This document shows, in pieces, positions 1 to 12,739 of a stretch of 64,000 nt of DNA; positions within the stretch are counted from its first letter, which is position 1, and each line of letters opens with the position of its first letter. Under the pieces are notes generated by a model. That model ran no database searches, was not told the DNA's origin, and saw only the letters and a program-made list of their open reading frames with translations. This DNA comes from Tubulanus polymorphus. Its lineage: Eukaryota; Animalia; Nemertea. The position numbers and the translations under genes were made by a program. Location: contig NC_134035.1 in the NCBI RefSeq assembly GCF_964204645.1, positions 8,464,451-8,528,450 of the forward strand, written 5' to 3'.

Positions 1-3000
1 GAGTTACAAACTCGAAATTAACCTCGAAATTTTTTTTTATAGATATGTCCTCAGTACGCTTCCGTAGACTATGAATGGATTCATTTTCAACATAGCATAA
101 CATTAACAGCATAGTATAACAAAATGCAGAATACGAAATACAGTAAATTAAACCTGAGGGGTCTAAAGAAACTAACAACTATCAATAGAACCAGTCTAGT
201 CATATTCGTAGTAAAAATAGCGGTTGTTCGGTTGTTGACTTTGATGAGAATTTGTTCTGATAGGGGATACGACTAATGGAACGATACCAAAATTGCAAAG
301 AATCCTTTCTCATTCTCGTCAACTAAGAAACAAAAAAAGAATATGTAAATTCGAGCACGAATTGGCTGTGACATAAATCTCGCGGTTCGCCAGTTGTAGG
401 TAGGTTGGCTCTCTTTAAGAGATCCAGTTCCACCCAAGTACCCAAGTCACGGCTAGTGCTTCTACATTAGGATTACCGGAACTCAGGAAATGCGCGTGAG
501 CAAAATGTAGATTAGTCCTTATGAAGAGAAAAAAAACGAATGGTCCGTATATACAGAATCCAATTCCATAAGTTGAAACGAATTCATTTTAAATGACTTA
601 ACTGAATCAAATCTTAACTCAGAACTTAATTAAACTATAGCAAGGCACCGCAATATTCTCATTCCATATTAAATGGCTGATCGGTTTTGTTGTTCGCTTA
701 TAGTTCTATCTTATAACGAAGGTCGAACCGTATGAATTTAAGGATCATTCTTAAGACAGGTGTCTGACGCGGCATTACCGTAGGTCCAATTACGTCGTCT
801 TTTCGCTGACACCGAGTTAGCTTATATATCTATTATACCGAGCTATTTCTGGCGCTATCCTAACTCACAGTTGGTTAGCGCGACAGCGGTACGGCTGCGC
901 GGCTGTTTTTCCAGAAGTCAACTCAATTTTTCGCTTCGTGGAACTGATTTTCTGATCAAAGGCTTATATTATTCAAAGAGGGCATGTACAAGGTATTACA
1001 TCGATCATTAAATATACCGGTACACGCACGCACATGTAGAATGTGCGTCGTTGGTATCTCTTTGGGAACGTTTTACCCGAAAAATATTGAGGTCGAAAAT
1101 GTTTATCATATTTTTGTCTCATTCCTCACCCGACACAACCGAATTACCTATAATCAGGACCTGTTTTCGGGGTCGGTCTCGTGGGGAGGTTGTTGCCCTT
1201 TTCGTCGAGACAGAAGTAATTAAAACCCATAAATTTACACTCATCGTCTAAGAAAAATTACATCTTTTGGGGTTTATTTCTTCAAAGTAATCTAATACCG
1301 AGGTTGGGACCCCATTATAGTGGCCATTGACATGTCTGCGTTATCCGCGAAATGCCTTATATTCAGGAACCTGGCCTGAATATATAAAGCATTGTTTCGG
1401 CGATCTTGTTGGATTTAGCTCCGATGTACGCGACCCAGAAAAACATGGAAACGGGGAATGAAACATGTTCGATCTCGGGAACGTTGTTTTCCGAAACCTA
1501 TTTTTCGCTTCTCCTATAAAACGGGACAGGGAACACTCGGAAACGTGTCTACGTCTCCTGTTTTCATGTGTTATGCGCGTCGGGCTTTATTGTATCTATA
1601 TTATACACTGGCGCTTGAGCAGTTTTGATTACAGATCCCGCGGCGCGCAAAAACGAGATCAACGATAAATTCAATTTCCAACAGTGATTGACTGTCGGCT
1701 GCGAGTGGATCAAGCCGTGACTGTATACAATAGGGATAACGTCAGTCCGATGTTGCGGGGTCGATGGAAAACGAGGAATGCTTCATTTCGGAAATAACAT
1801 CGACACACCGATTTGACTGCGGAGTCCAATTTCCGGTTCTATTTGTCCACACAATATCGCGCTACGATAAAAAATGGTCGTCAGATAAAAATACACATTT
1901 CGTTCTCACCATTAAGTGCGGTAAAAGCAGCGACGGCCGCAAGTGCGACATTTCCTCGGCACGGGTTTTTTTTCGCTACGTCAACAGAGACGGAGACGAA
2001 TGAACTCCGATCGTAAAAATGATTGCAGTTTAAAAGGCAGCGGCGGTTCTAGGAAATTCGGAAGGCCGGGATTCAGAATATTTGTAGAGACATTTCTCGC
2101 GTAATAGGTCACTAGGGGGCACCACTTTCCGTATTGAAATATTTTTGAAGAAATACATCCCAAAAGATGAAAGTATGACTGTCGAATTTGCCAACATCTG
2201 TCTTGACGAGGGAAACCTTAGTTGAAAGGCAGCGATCCGGATTCCCGAAACCACCCCTAAATCTACCCCTGAACGGGTGTATATAACCAATCGTTTTTTG
2301 GGCACTTTTATTTCGCGACACGGTCTTACGTTAAAACACGATGGGATTCGAACCCTCTGTTACTGACAAAACCGGCGTTTCAAAACCATTTTAACAACGG
2401 CATTTATCATACATTGCCATTATTAGTTACGAAATTGTGAACGAAAAACTCGATGAAACTTTTGACGAAAAATTTAGACATATCAAGACACTATTAGATT
2501 TAAAGAGAGCGATACGTAGTTTTAATAGTGTATTCGATGATTAAGCCCTGTTTCCAGCAGGAGTATTTAAATCGCAATTTTCAACTGAGATCTTCAATGA
2601 GTGTATCTATTTGTGTACACACTGGAGTGTGTGATGGGCCGGGATAGGTCGTTCACATGCCTCACTAAGGAATTTAAATATGGCGGCTCTCATCTGCCGT
2701 AAATTATGCTGATAACAGTATCAAAATCGTTGTATACAAGTTAATTAGGAAGAATTGGAAATTTCAACTAGCGTTATGCTAAACAACAACAAGAGTAGAA
2801 ATGAATGGCCAATTATAATTGTTTGACTGCAGTTCCCCTTTAAGCCCTGTCTACATCACAAAGAGCGGATGCGCTTGGAGTTTATCTTTACACGTGTGCT
2901 CTATACACGTGTGGGATTCGATGACGCGCGTAGATTCTCGCAGAATTCTCGCTCGCAGCGATATCGGTGCCGGTGCCCCATTCAAAGCAGTCCTTCATTT

Positions 3001-3914
3001 AATATTATTACGTTTTTACTGTATTTTCTTATTCATTAATTTTGTAAAAATTTTACTTGAACATAAATCATAAAAATCATAAGATTCGGAAAGTAATCTG
3101 AAACGCGTTTATGAACGGCTCGTAGGTAGGCATCGCTTTAATACACTGTCAATGGCCAACAGGGAAACGGCATCTCTCTTCTCTGCACCGAGATCGACCA
3201 AACCTTCCAATTTCTCAACTGCCTTACTCTGGTCACGCTTTAATACATAGCTAGTACTTGTAAAGGACCGGGAAACTAAACAACGAAATAAAGTTGGACC
3301 GCCCAACCACCTGACAAGTCCCATAAGCATCAGCCGTGGGAATCATTTAACGCCAATCGCGCGTCTTATATACCGTAACAATAGCCTCGCTAATGTCTGT
3401 ATGTTTTTGACGATGTATCACGCAGTATCAGTGTTCGCGCAGGTGACACTGCACGAAAAATAAACAACTGACGCTCATTCACTTTCTGTATCGAGCAAAA
3501 CACTTTCGGTGCCGAGTTTCGTTCGTCGTGTTCCGATATCGTGTTTTGTCAACACAAGAGAAATTAGATTCGCGGGTACGTCGAACTTCCTGTAATTTCA
3601 TCACGGATCCGTCCACGCGGTACACACACGACCGGGCGTCGCGCATTTACGCGCGCGATTTCAAGGTCGCTTAAGGAATGGGAAATTGTTTCCGAAAATA
3701 TCATTGCGTATAATTCGATACGGCCATATTCACACGGCTTTTGATCACAGGATTCAATTGTAAATTTCCCTCATGCTCGCTACGAGTGGGAGGTAATATC
3801 ATCGTCGACTAAAAGTAACGTTCACTTTCAATACTATAAACCGCGCTTATTTTACTTTTCTACTCAATATAAAACGGGAAGTTTTGGTTTCCATTGACAA
3901 TATTGATTGTTGAT

Positions 3915-4075
3915 CGGTGTGGGCGAGTGGTTAGAGCGTTCGACTCTGGGTAGCCAAGTCATGGGTTCGAACCCTGTAAATAACCGTAAATACCCTGTAA
4001 ATAACCTCGGGCAAAACACTTATCCTCATTGACTCTTTCCACCCAGGAGTAAATGGGTCTGGTCTGATACATGAC
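3915..4075 (+). mobile_element. tRNA-derived SINE
   Basis: A box GGCGAGTGGTTAGAGCG and B box GGTTCGAACCC, followed by a SINE-body-like CTCGGGCAAAACACTT...CCACCCAGGAGTAAATGGGT. Confidence 0.75.
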
Positions 4076-4534
4076 TCCTGAGCGCCTTCTTGCATGTCAC
4101 TTCTCACCAGGACGGATGACTGATAAATGGTTAGATTTAAAGGCTGGGGTAAAAATAGCAATTCAATGGTAAATGCCGTTGAACATTGACATCACAGTAA
4201 AAACAATCAATATTATCTGGGTAAAAAAGTCCACAATTTAAAGAAAATGAGCATTTGACGTTTTCGACCCACTTCTATATGCCAGATTTCCAGATACATA
4301 ATATCTGAGTGTTTGCGCTTGTATGACAACGACAAGTAATAATGCAGATTGCGTATTTCTCACTGCATAATAAATCAGTTTTGGAAATTACCCATAGAAT
4401 CGGGTCGAAACGTCAAATGCTCATTTTGATTATTCTTTATATCGCGGACTCTTTTTTTGACGCCGTAAAAACTGAATAACGTTTATATAGGCCTACATTG
4501 ATACATAGTACACGTTATAAGATAAGGGTTCTGT

Positions 4535-4750
4535 GTGTCGATGTACACTACGTCATCAATATTGGCGTTTCAAAATAACAAAATAACAAAATTACACTTG
4601 TGAATTTCGGCGTTTGTTTTGTAATTAGATAAATTTCGCGACTCGTATTCCAGTTTTGATAAATTTTGATGATTTTAGAGTGTGGGATGTGCACTATATA
4701 CGTCATCAATGTACCGGGCTAGACTGGTTGCCGGTCAATTCAATCCAATT
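4535..4750 (+). repeat. Interspersed repeat family; other copies reversed at ~57090-57320 and ~63557-63730
   Basis: Shared ATTGAATTGACCGGCAACCAGTCTAGCCC and ATTGATGACGTAGTGCACATC motifs; (TCAAT)n-like end. Confidence 0.7.
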
Positions 4751-7700
4751 TTCGATATATTCAAATCCAAAATAACGTTGATTTCACTTGACATTAATAT
4801 TATACAATTTATATTTCAGTATTCATTGCTGGCAATGTATGCGTCATTTTTCAAGGCGTCAACGTGTGAACTTTTAGTAAGTTTTGAATTTTCTTTTTTT
4901 TTACTTCAACCGCGTCTGCTTCGGATCCGCGCGAGTACATTATGGCAATCTCGAGAATCGCGTCGCGTCAATTAAACGGATGTCGTTTTCACTTCAATTT
5001 AGAATCAATTTCGCTGACATTCGTGCGTGGATAGAAACAATCGAAGCAACACTGAACTAATGAGGAGAGAGAGAGAATTAATCAATAGAAATGACGTATA
5101 CATCAGCTCTATTTACACCGCATCTTAAACACTTTCGTCAAATGCGCGGTCGTCTCCGGCGTCCAGAGAGTAGAGAGGCCGATCCGGTGCAGATTCGTGT
5201 TGAGAGTTCGTGTAACGGCGTGTTGCTAATTATTCATGACTTCCTGATCCGGAATAATTGCTACTCAATTACAATCGATAAAAACCAGTTAAAATATCTG
5301 AGCGCGAACTGTTGCTGCGCTCGCGTCCTGGCGCAGCCTCGTCCTTCTAGCCGGTGGTCAATGTTGCCGGTCGTTTTCGCCGAAATCCCCCGGAAATTGC
5401 AGATGTTTAACGGTAACACGTATTTCGTGCACGTTTATAATACAATATCGAGTGGCGAACGCTTTTGCGTAAGCGTGCATTCGACGACGTTTTAACAGGA
5501 AAATCTCATTATTTTCTCCGAGTAGCGGCGATGACGAGATTGCGATCGATAATATCATCAGTTTTTATTATAACTTCGATAGTCGGTGTTTGTTTCGCCC
5601 AATGCAGGTGTCGCATGGATATTCCATTCATGATTTAGGAAATCTGAGAACATCTTCGCGCAGTCGGTGTAGCGATTTTATTCTTAAAATGTCGGGTTGT
5701 AAAAAGCGTCGAGTTTTTTTCCTGTTATGGGCAATGATGGGACTCGGGAATGTGAATATCCCGAGACATACCATGAACCAATATCAGAAATAAGAGAACT
5801 GAAAAAATATTTGGATTTTCGGTTTTTGAAATGGTTTTTTAAAGTGAGATTTTTGATGATACTAGAAATATTAATACTTTGGTGTTAGCGCTATTTTGAT
5901 TCGGATTTCTTTGATTTGAATTCATTTGTAAAGTTTTCAGTACAAGGCTATCTTGGTTAAGCGACATGTAAATGTATATCAACGAATAACGCTCCCGGAT
6001 CTGGAAGACTTTGATATTCGCGACGCGTAGCGAAATTGCTTAGAGTCACTAATGATGCAGATAATCTCAAAACCATAATTCGAAAACGACCGAAGACTAT
6101 TCACTGCAGGCTTTTTCAAATGATCTGTATACACGTTCTTTTTTCGGGGCAACTGACGCGCGAGTCATGAGGCATTCTTACTGAAGCGATATTGACGGGA
6201 ACAATTCATTTTAGACTATTTTGATTCGTACAAAAAAATTTCGAAGAAAAATCGCCGATGTACTTACCTAGATTGCCAGTGTCGTCACGCATCGAAGTAG
6301 GCAATATATCCGTTTAAACTGATTTGAATATGACGAAAGCAAGAATGCGTTCAAGAAACATGATGTGTCTCGCGGTACCAACAGCACCGATGCCGCGTAT
6401 GTCTCATTACACAAATGATGACAGCGGCGAAGCGACCCGCTTCTCACTGCGTGGACTTTCGTTCAAACCTCTCTAATTGAATAATAGAGCGCAGCGTCGT
6501 CGCTTTCGTACCGAAATATACTTTCAGTTGCTGGCCGGGTCACATCCTATTACGGCCGGGAAACACCGCAGACGACGATAGCAACGAGATAACACTAAAA
6601 CACGACGAATGACATTTCGCGCTAGATATTTTCAGCGTATTTAGTGTAAACTGTAAAACAAGTTGTCATAGAATCAACTGCAGTCAGTACTGGTTGTTCG
6701 GGTTATATTTTGAATCAACGACAAAACTGGTAACCGTGTAATAAGAATTTCCGAATTTCCGAATTCGTCTGAATGTGTCAGTTTCAATATCCACCTCATT
6801 TTTTTGATTGGGCGACCGAAAACTATCAAGACGTTAATTGAAAATGGACTTATTTCTAATCGAGTTATTTATCATTTTCTATTTCTATTTTATTTACACT
6901 CAAACCCATTTACGGAAGCGTCCTGGGGACATCACTTACGAGAAACAGCAATTCTTATTTTTAGTTGAGATATATCTCAACATTACGGAAGCGTCCTGGG
7001 GACATGAGAAAAGAAATTTTACTGATTGTATTTCTCTTCAGTTAACACCGGTACTTAACCAACAGTCTATCAAATTAGTGGCGTCTGACGATTGTGCGTT
7101 TGAGTCTCATAACAGTGTTAATTGCTCGAGAGATATAGTTTCACGTACTCGCGTCACTGTCGGGAGATATCATTATTTGTATTCGACTCGGAGCGTTCGA
7201 AGGACGAAGGTTCGCGTCCAGTTTCTTAGAAAATTGCCTTGACCGTTACATATGTAAGGCAACATAAGTGTCGGATAAATCTGGAACAACAAAATTGTGT
7301 TCATTAGGTTTTGCGAAGCTTCCCGTCTACAATTCTTATTCCTACTGGTATTTCTATATCCGATAGCGTAGATAGACTCCGCTGAAGTCGTATCCGATCT
7401 GATAGCCGGTCAAGTCGGACAAGTTTCCTCGACTAAACTTTATCATACAGAAATCCAAGTTTGATCCTCTTAATTCCGACCGACGCGGAATAATTTATCT
7501 TGCATGATCCTTCCCTTTGTACTATTACCATTTCGCACAAAATATTTCCATATTTTTGCTAAATTTCGTATCAGAATAGAAAATGATTTTCAATATAAAA
7601 TGACATTTCAAATCGGTAAATGTTTGGTATCTCAATTGTAGTCGATGTAACATCAGCTTAATTTAAAACCCTTTACGCTGCTGAGGTCTATTTTCGCCCT

Positions 7701-9139
7701 ATGCTGAGCCTTTTTGTAAAAGTTTGCCTTATTTTTAAAAACTGCAATTGATCTATTTTTCACACGAGACACATAAAACTAATAGTGAATATATATTTTC
7801 ATAATTATGACATTTTGCATCCGATAGCGGCCATTTTGATACATATGGTTGACCATACTAAAAACCACCATTTTCCGAAAAATATATCTCGAGAAATCGA
7901 AAATGAAAACCAGTAAAATGATTATGGAGAGATGGCAGCACTGTACGGCAACGGGAGTGATAATATGGAACGAACGCCAGAATAGAAAAGAAATTCAAAT
8001 TTTTGGTTATTATTTCGATTTTCCCGCTGATACCCATGAGCAATCTACAATATATTGACGATTGCAAAACAATATTATTGAAAGATTTTTTTTTTGTAAA
8101 GTGCTGACAATTCAAAACAAAACGTTCGCCGTTGTGCTGCAGTCATTTCGAAAAGAATAGCTAATATGCGAGCTCTGCACGTCAGCCGCACAAAAAGTGA
8201 CGCCCTAGAAGCGTGCATAGCACGTCGATAGCACTGAAAGGATAAAAGTCGACCAAATTGGAGACCTCAACTATCATATGTTACTATTTACAAGCCCTAT
8301 ATGAGTTAGCCTAATTAAGGGAACCAAAGTTGTACGTCGGTCATTGACTGAATTACGCACGTCATGTAAGCCTGTTGGTCACACCCAGTTAGTGAAAAAG
8401 AAATGTACCCGTTTTGTACACACGATATATACATTCTAATACCAATATTACCTCATTCCTTGAATAATACAACTAGTCACTGAGTCTTAAATGTTACAAC
8501 ATCGAAAATTTATGTAAGCGAAAAATTCCAAATTGTATGATCTTTAATGAGAGTTCACGGTAGTTGCTGACAAAGAGACAGTCACTGTCAAAGTCAAAAT
8601 CTTTTCTTCAATTTCAAGTTCATATTGATGATGGTGAGTTTATAACTCACTTTAAACAGAATTTAAACACCTGACAACGATTTGATAGTGAGCGTTCGAA
8701 ACGTCGTGTATTTCGATTTTAAATCTTAATAAATGAAATTGGTTTTTAATCTTTTAACTTCTGAGTGGGTTTTAAACTTATCTGTTCTCCGAGTTAGAGT
8801 GTACCGGCTATATGGCTACCATCATATTAATGAAATTTTTTCCGGTGCTAAGCAGAAATAAACCATTAATGCGGGACTGTTAATTTTCCTGGAGACAGAT
8901 TGATTAGCGTCAGCGAAATAATTGTTAAAGCCCAACGCAAACGACGGAAGGAAACGCGGAAACAAGCAACAGAAACATATTTCCAAGCGTTTTTCTGTGT
9001 CGTGTGTGTTTACGGGAGACGTGGCTTTGAGAAACAGTGCTTCCGAGACCAAACATGATTGATTCCGTGTTTCTGTTATTTTGCGTGTTTTTCTGCATCG
9101 GGTTTCAATAACAGTCTTAATAATAAGTCTTCCCGCGTG

Positions 9140-9442
9140 TTATTCTTCACCCTGGTATATGACGTTACACGGTGATTGGCAGACGACTCCGAAAGCGGTG
9201 AAAACTCTGTTTTTCGCGTTTGAAATCGTGCCCGCCAATACGGGTTTGAACAACCGACTTCTCTCGACCCATTCCGAAGCCGTGACGGTGCCATTCGACC
9301 ACGTGACGCGTATCTTCACGTCTTCCTTCGTGGTACCAAAAACAAAATCTGATGGATAGCCCGGCTCTACGTGACCGTCAGCGCCATCTCTGTATTCATT
9401 TAATACACCGTACTGCATGTCCAACTGTAATTCGAGAGCATT
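9140..9442 (-). CDS. Terminal coding exon 3 of the PAN-domain gene; FAMeT-like (Methyltransf_FA) C-terminal half
   Basis: Acceptor cttacttttattttgtag| in phase 0 (NALELQLDMQY...); VKIRVTWSNGTVTAS resembles the FWISWxxGxIxVG motif of FAMeT-like domains; alternative acceptor ttacag| at 9425 is also in frame. Confidence 0.7.
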   Translation of the reverse strand, partial: NALELQLDMQYGVLNEYRDGADGHVEPGYPSDFVFGTTKEDVKIRVTWSNGTVTASEWVERSRLFKPVLAGTISNAKNRVFTAFGVVCQSPCNVIYQGEE

Positions 9443-10994
9443 CTACAAAATAAAAGTAAGGGGTCGGTTTTACTCACTGGTATTGACTAAATCTAATAAA
9501 CCCAGCGGCAAGTTTTATAGACTGGTATTAACTCTAACCGGGGCTAACTCAATTCTTTTTCCGATTGATTTAATCCCCGGGTTAAAGTTGATACCAGTTT
9601 AGGGTCTCATGTCGAGCATTTTTGAGGGACAGTTCTATTTCATCAAGAAGGAGGGCACTTTTTCGCCTTAAAACCTTCCTATTGAAAAGAGGTCAGATCT
9701 CAAAATATGAAGTGCCCTGAATGAATAATTTCAGAATGGATTACTTTTCATTTTCCAAAAAACATCAAAATTTTATCCAACAGGTCTCAAACAAAATTCT
9801 TTGACACTGACTTTTGAAGGGCACTTTGAAAATTTTAGGGGGGGGGGGCTCGTTCGCTACCTCTGAAACCCCTCGGCAGGGGCCTATAAAATGGCGTTAA
9901 AAATGGCAGCCGTATTGGATTTTGGAGTTGGTCCCATATGTGATATTTGAGCTCGTCAAACTCTATCATTCCTGTAATATGCATGCTTTTGTTGCCAAAA
10001 TGGAATAATCTTTTCACCGAACTCCCTGACTAGCCGCATATACTTAGATATTAATATAACTGTTCAAAATTTACCGGTGCCGTGGATCCTTGGACACTTT
10101 CTCAATCACCAAAGGCGTGTACATGTGTTGTATATATTGGTATTGATATTTGAGCACATTCAATGCACATTTGCAATAGGTTCATCTTCAGAAATCCCAG
10201 CGTTGGTATTTGATATTTCAACGAAAGCTCGTATTTCTGTAACCTGACGAACAAGAAATCGCTTTTGCAGGCCCGACTCAATAGTCCCCGTAGTCGCCCC
10301 CAGCATTGACTAAAAACGTCGAAGAAATCCCGACGATTACCCAACAATGCAGGACAAAAGTACCCTAACAAAATGGCAACTGTAAAATGGTTTACTCTTT
10401 GTGTATATAATTTTTGTTTAACGTAATTACCTCTGGCAACGGCATCCATCCAAACTCATCGACAACGTTTGGGTTTTATTGTGTGTTGTGCGGGCTAGGC
10501 CTGAAGCTTTTCACTCGTTTCACGACTGTGTGTGGTGTCCCATAAACAGGAACTATGGTTCAGCGAAATGTCGTTTCGCGAAATCCTGCTGTTTTGTTTC
10601 GTAGAAAAACATTTTGCCAAACACAATATTCTACCAGAAAGCACCGCACCCAGTTGCGAAACGTGCAGAAAAGCGCCTTAGTTTCGTATTTCATATGTTT
10701 ATATCGTGCTGCGCGCGCAATACCTGACCCTAGGCGGGATTGAATATTAGGTATTTCAAACATGAGAACTAGCACTCGGTTAAGCGCGGACGTCACATGC
10801 GTCGTGTCCACCTTAGAAACTTCAGTCAGCCGTTTACACTTGCCGGACAATACACAGTAAAGGCCTAGACGTATCGGCCCCACTCCGCGCAGTGGCGCCA
10901 CCCCGCGGATTTACGCGAAGCAGCAGAACACAAACACGGCCATTCTCTCAATTTTCAATGATAGAAATCGTGTGTGTATTTCAATTATTTCGAC

Positions 10995-11537
10995 TGTTAG
11001 GGTTTTAAGGCACAATATAAGTTGATGATGTGATATGGCGATGTTAATTAATGATAATTCCGCAGTGAAGCTTGTCACGAACGGTGCCGATTGAGTGTAC
11101 AGCTGCCAAAAACACTGAAATGTGCGTAGTTGAGTAACTATTTGCAGTGAATTGCAGACGAAACATGAAGCCTTAACGGCCGTTTAAAAAAAATTATACC
11201 AATCGCAATTGTAAAATAAAAATGAGATAGAACCTAACTTAAAATTCTGGCCATTTCTAAAATGTTATTGATTATTATTACTAATTTTTAGTCAGTGCAG
11301 AACGTTTAGTTTTCCAACAATAATGAGGGGTGGTAGGTAGTCATGCAATTCAAGTCATCATTTATTACACGTTACTTCCGTGTTGTTGAAAATCTCGCGA
11401 GTCCTGGACTAAACCCCAATGAACAATGTGATCTGTGTGCTGGCCACCAAAATGCACACAGATCACACTACACTACACATTACACACTCCAGTACCCACA
11501 GCTTTCATATATCCATCCAAATATTTAGTGGCTTTCT
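10995..11537 (+). repeat. Truncated copy of the 25577-26300 repeat, in intron 2 of the PAN gene
   Basis: High-identity reverse-complement match starting exactly at TGTTAGGGTTTT. Confidence 0.85.
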
Positions 11538-11875
11538 TCCTGGATTTCCTTACCGAAAGTTTTCGTGTCTGCCGACTACGATTCAATTAAAGTTCACCGG
11601 TTCAGGTTTTCAATAGGAATTTTTCTCACAAAGATTATAGATTATATTATATGCATTCGCTTGCCTTTTCCATCATTGACCAATGACAACAAGGAGTATT
11701 GTATTTTCAAATAGTGATTGGCTCTGCCAAACAGCGTCTAATGTGATATGAACCACCGTGACGTCACGTGAATTGAGCTCTTAATACTCTGATAGAAGAT
11801 ATGCATGCTCTAGATTGAAGAGTTCTATATTCTATATTTATAAATGATATGAAAACGATATACATATAAACTTAC

Positions 11876-12036
11876 CGAACGGTCGCCATATTCGGGGGCT
11901 ATGATAATTAGGATGAATATAGCCGGCGTCACTACCAAGTCAATAGAGCCGGTGGTCGGGAGGAAATATCGAATCCAGTCCACTCGCGGTTTATTCATAT
12001 CGCGACCAGATAAAGAATAGACTCGACCGCGATCAT
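11876..12036 (-). CDS. Coding exon 2 of the PAN-domain gene
   Basis: Acceptor gttttacag| at 12037 and donor TCG|GTAAGT at 11875; phase 1 in, phase 0 out; open frame HDRGRVYSL...APEYGDRS joins exons 1 and 3. Confidence 0.75.
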
Positions 12037-12411
12037 CTGTAAAACAGTCGTTGTCAAAGAATGGTTGGCACATTTAAACGATTGATGACTTCGTCACCGA
12101 ATGTAACTTTAACCAGAGATTCCGAAAACATAAATTTCAGGCTTTCGTCGAGCCCTATGATTGACCCATATTAGGTACCTATAATACTCTGGTCAAATCT
12201 TTGATTGATTTTGGATCGCCAAGCTATCGTGACAAGCCCCGGTGATCGAGCCATACGTTTCCACCGCACAACCCTCGATATAGATTTGGGCCAGAATGAA
12301 ATATTGAAGAAAAAAAATTAGTTTATATAATAATTTATTTTGTTGCGATTAACTCTCGTAGTGTACGTGCAAACCTCCAGAATCTTCGATCTCTACCGCT
12401 TGTGTACTTAC

Positions 12412-12739
12412 GTTTCATATATAACTGGCCACATTTCCCGACCGCTGGTCTCGCCACCGGTGAAAGATTTCGCAATTGTCGACGGTTTACGATCACACAT
12501 TCGCCGCGAAGAGAATCGTAGACTACGCCGACACAGCCGGCAATCCGGTTCAGACAGTTTCCCATGCAAACGAGCTCGTTGGCATCTTTCGCTTTTTCGC
12601 TCGGTTCGAAACAGTACGATCCTTTCTTCAAAACGAAAATCGCATCTGGCTTACCGGACTCGCTCACGGAGGCCACTGATTCACCGGTCAGCTTTGCCAC
12701 GATTAGTAAACAAGTTAAACTACGCAAAACGTGCGACAT
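12412..12739 (-). CDS. Coding exon 1 of a secreted PAN/Apple-domain protein (signal peptide + PAN-like domain); gene model 12739-12412, 12036-11876, 9442-9140, 263 aa
   Basis: Hydrophobic N-terminus (MSHVLRSLTCLLIVAKLTG); PAN-type Cys pattern CMGNC-x6-CVGVVYD-x5-C; donor AAAC|GTAAGT at 12412/12411 (phase 1); upstream acceptor ttttgtctgcttccag near 12813 suggests a further 5'UTR exon. Confidence 0.8.

Noticed and set aside
3915-3985. Functional tRNA gene
   Set aside because: A and B boxes are present but there is no closing acceptor stem, and it continues into a SINE-like body
12335-12411. C-terminal tail of the 134-aa ORF as a single-exon protein
   Set aside because: A perfect GTAAGT donor at 12411 and in-phase downstream exons indicate read-through into an intron
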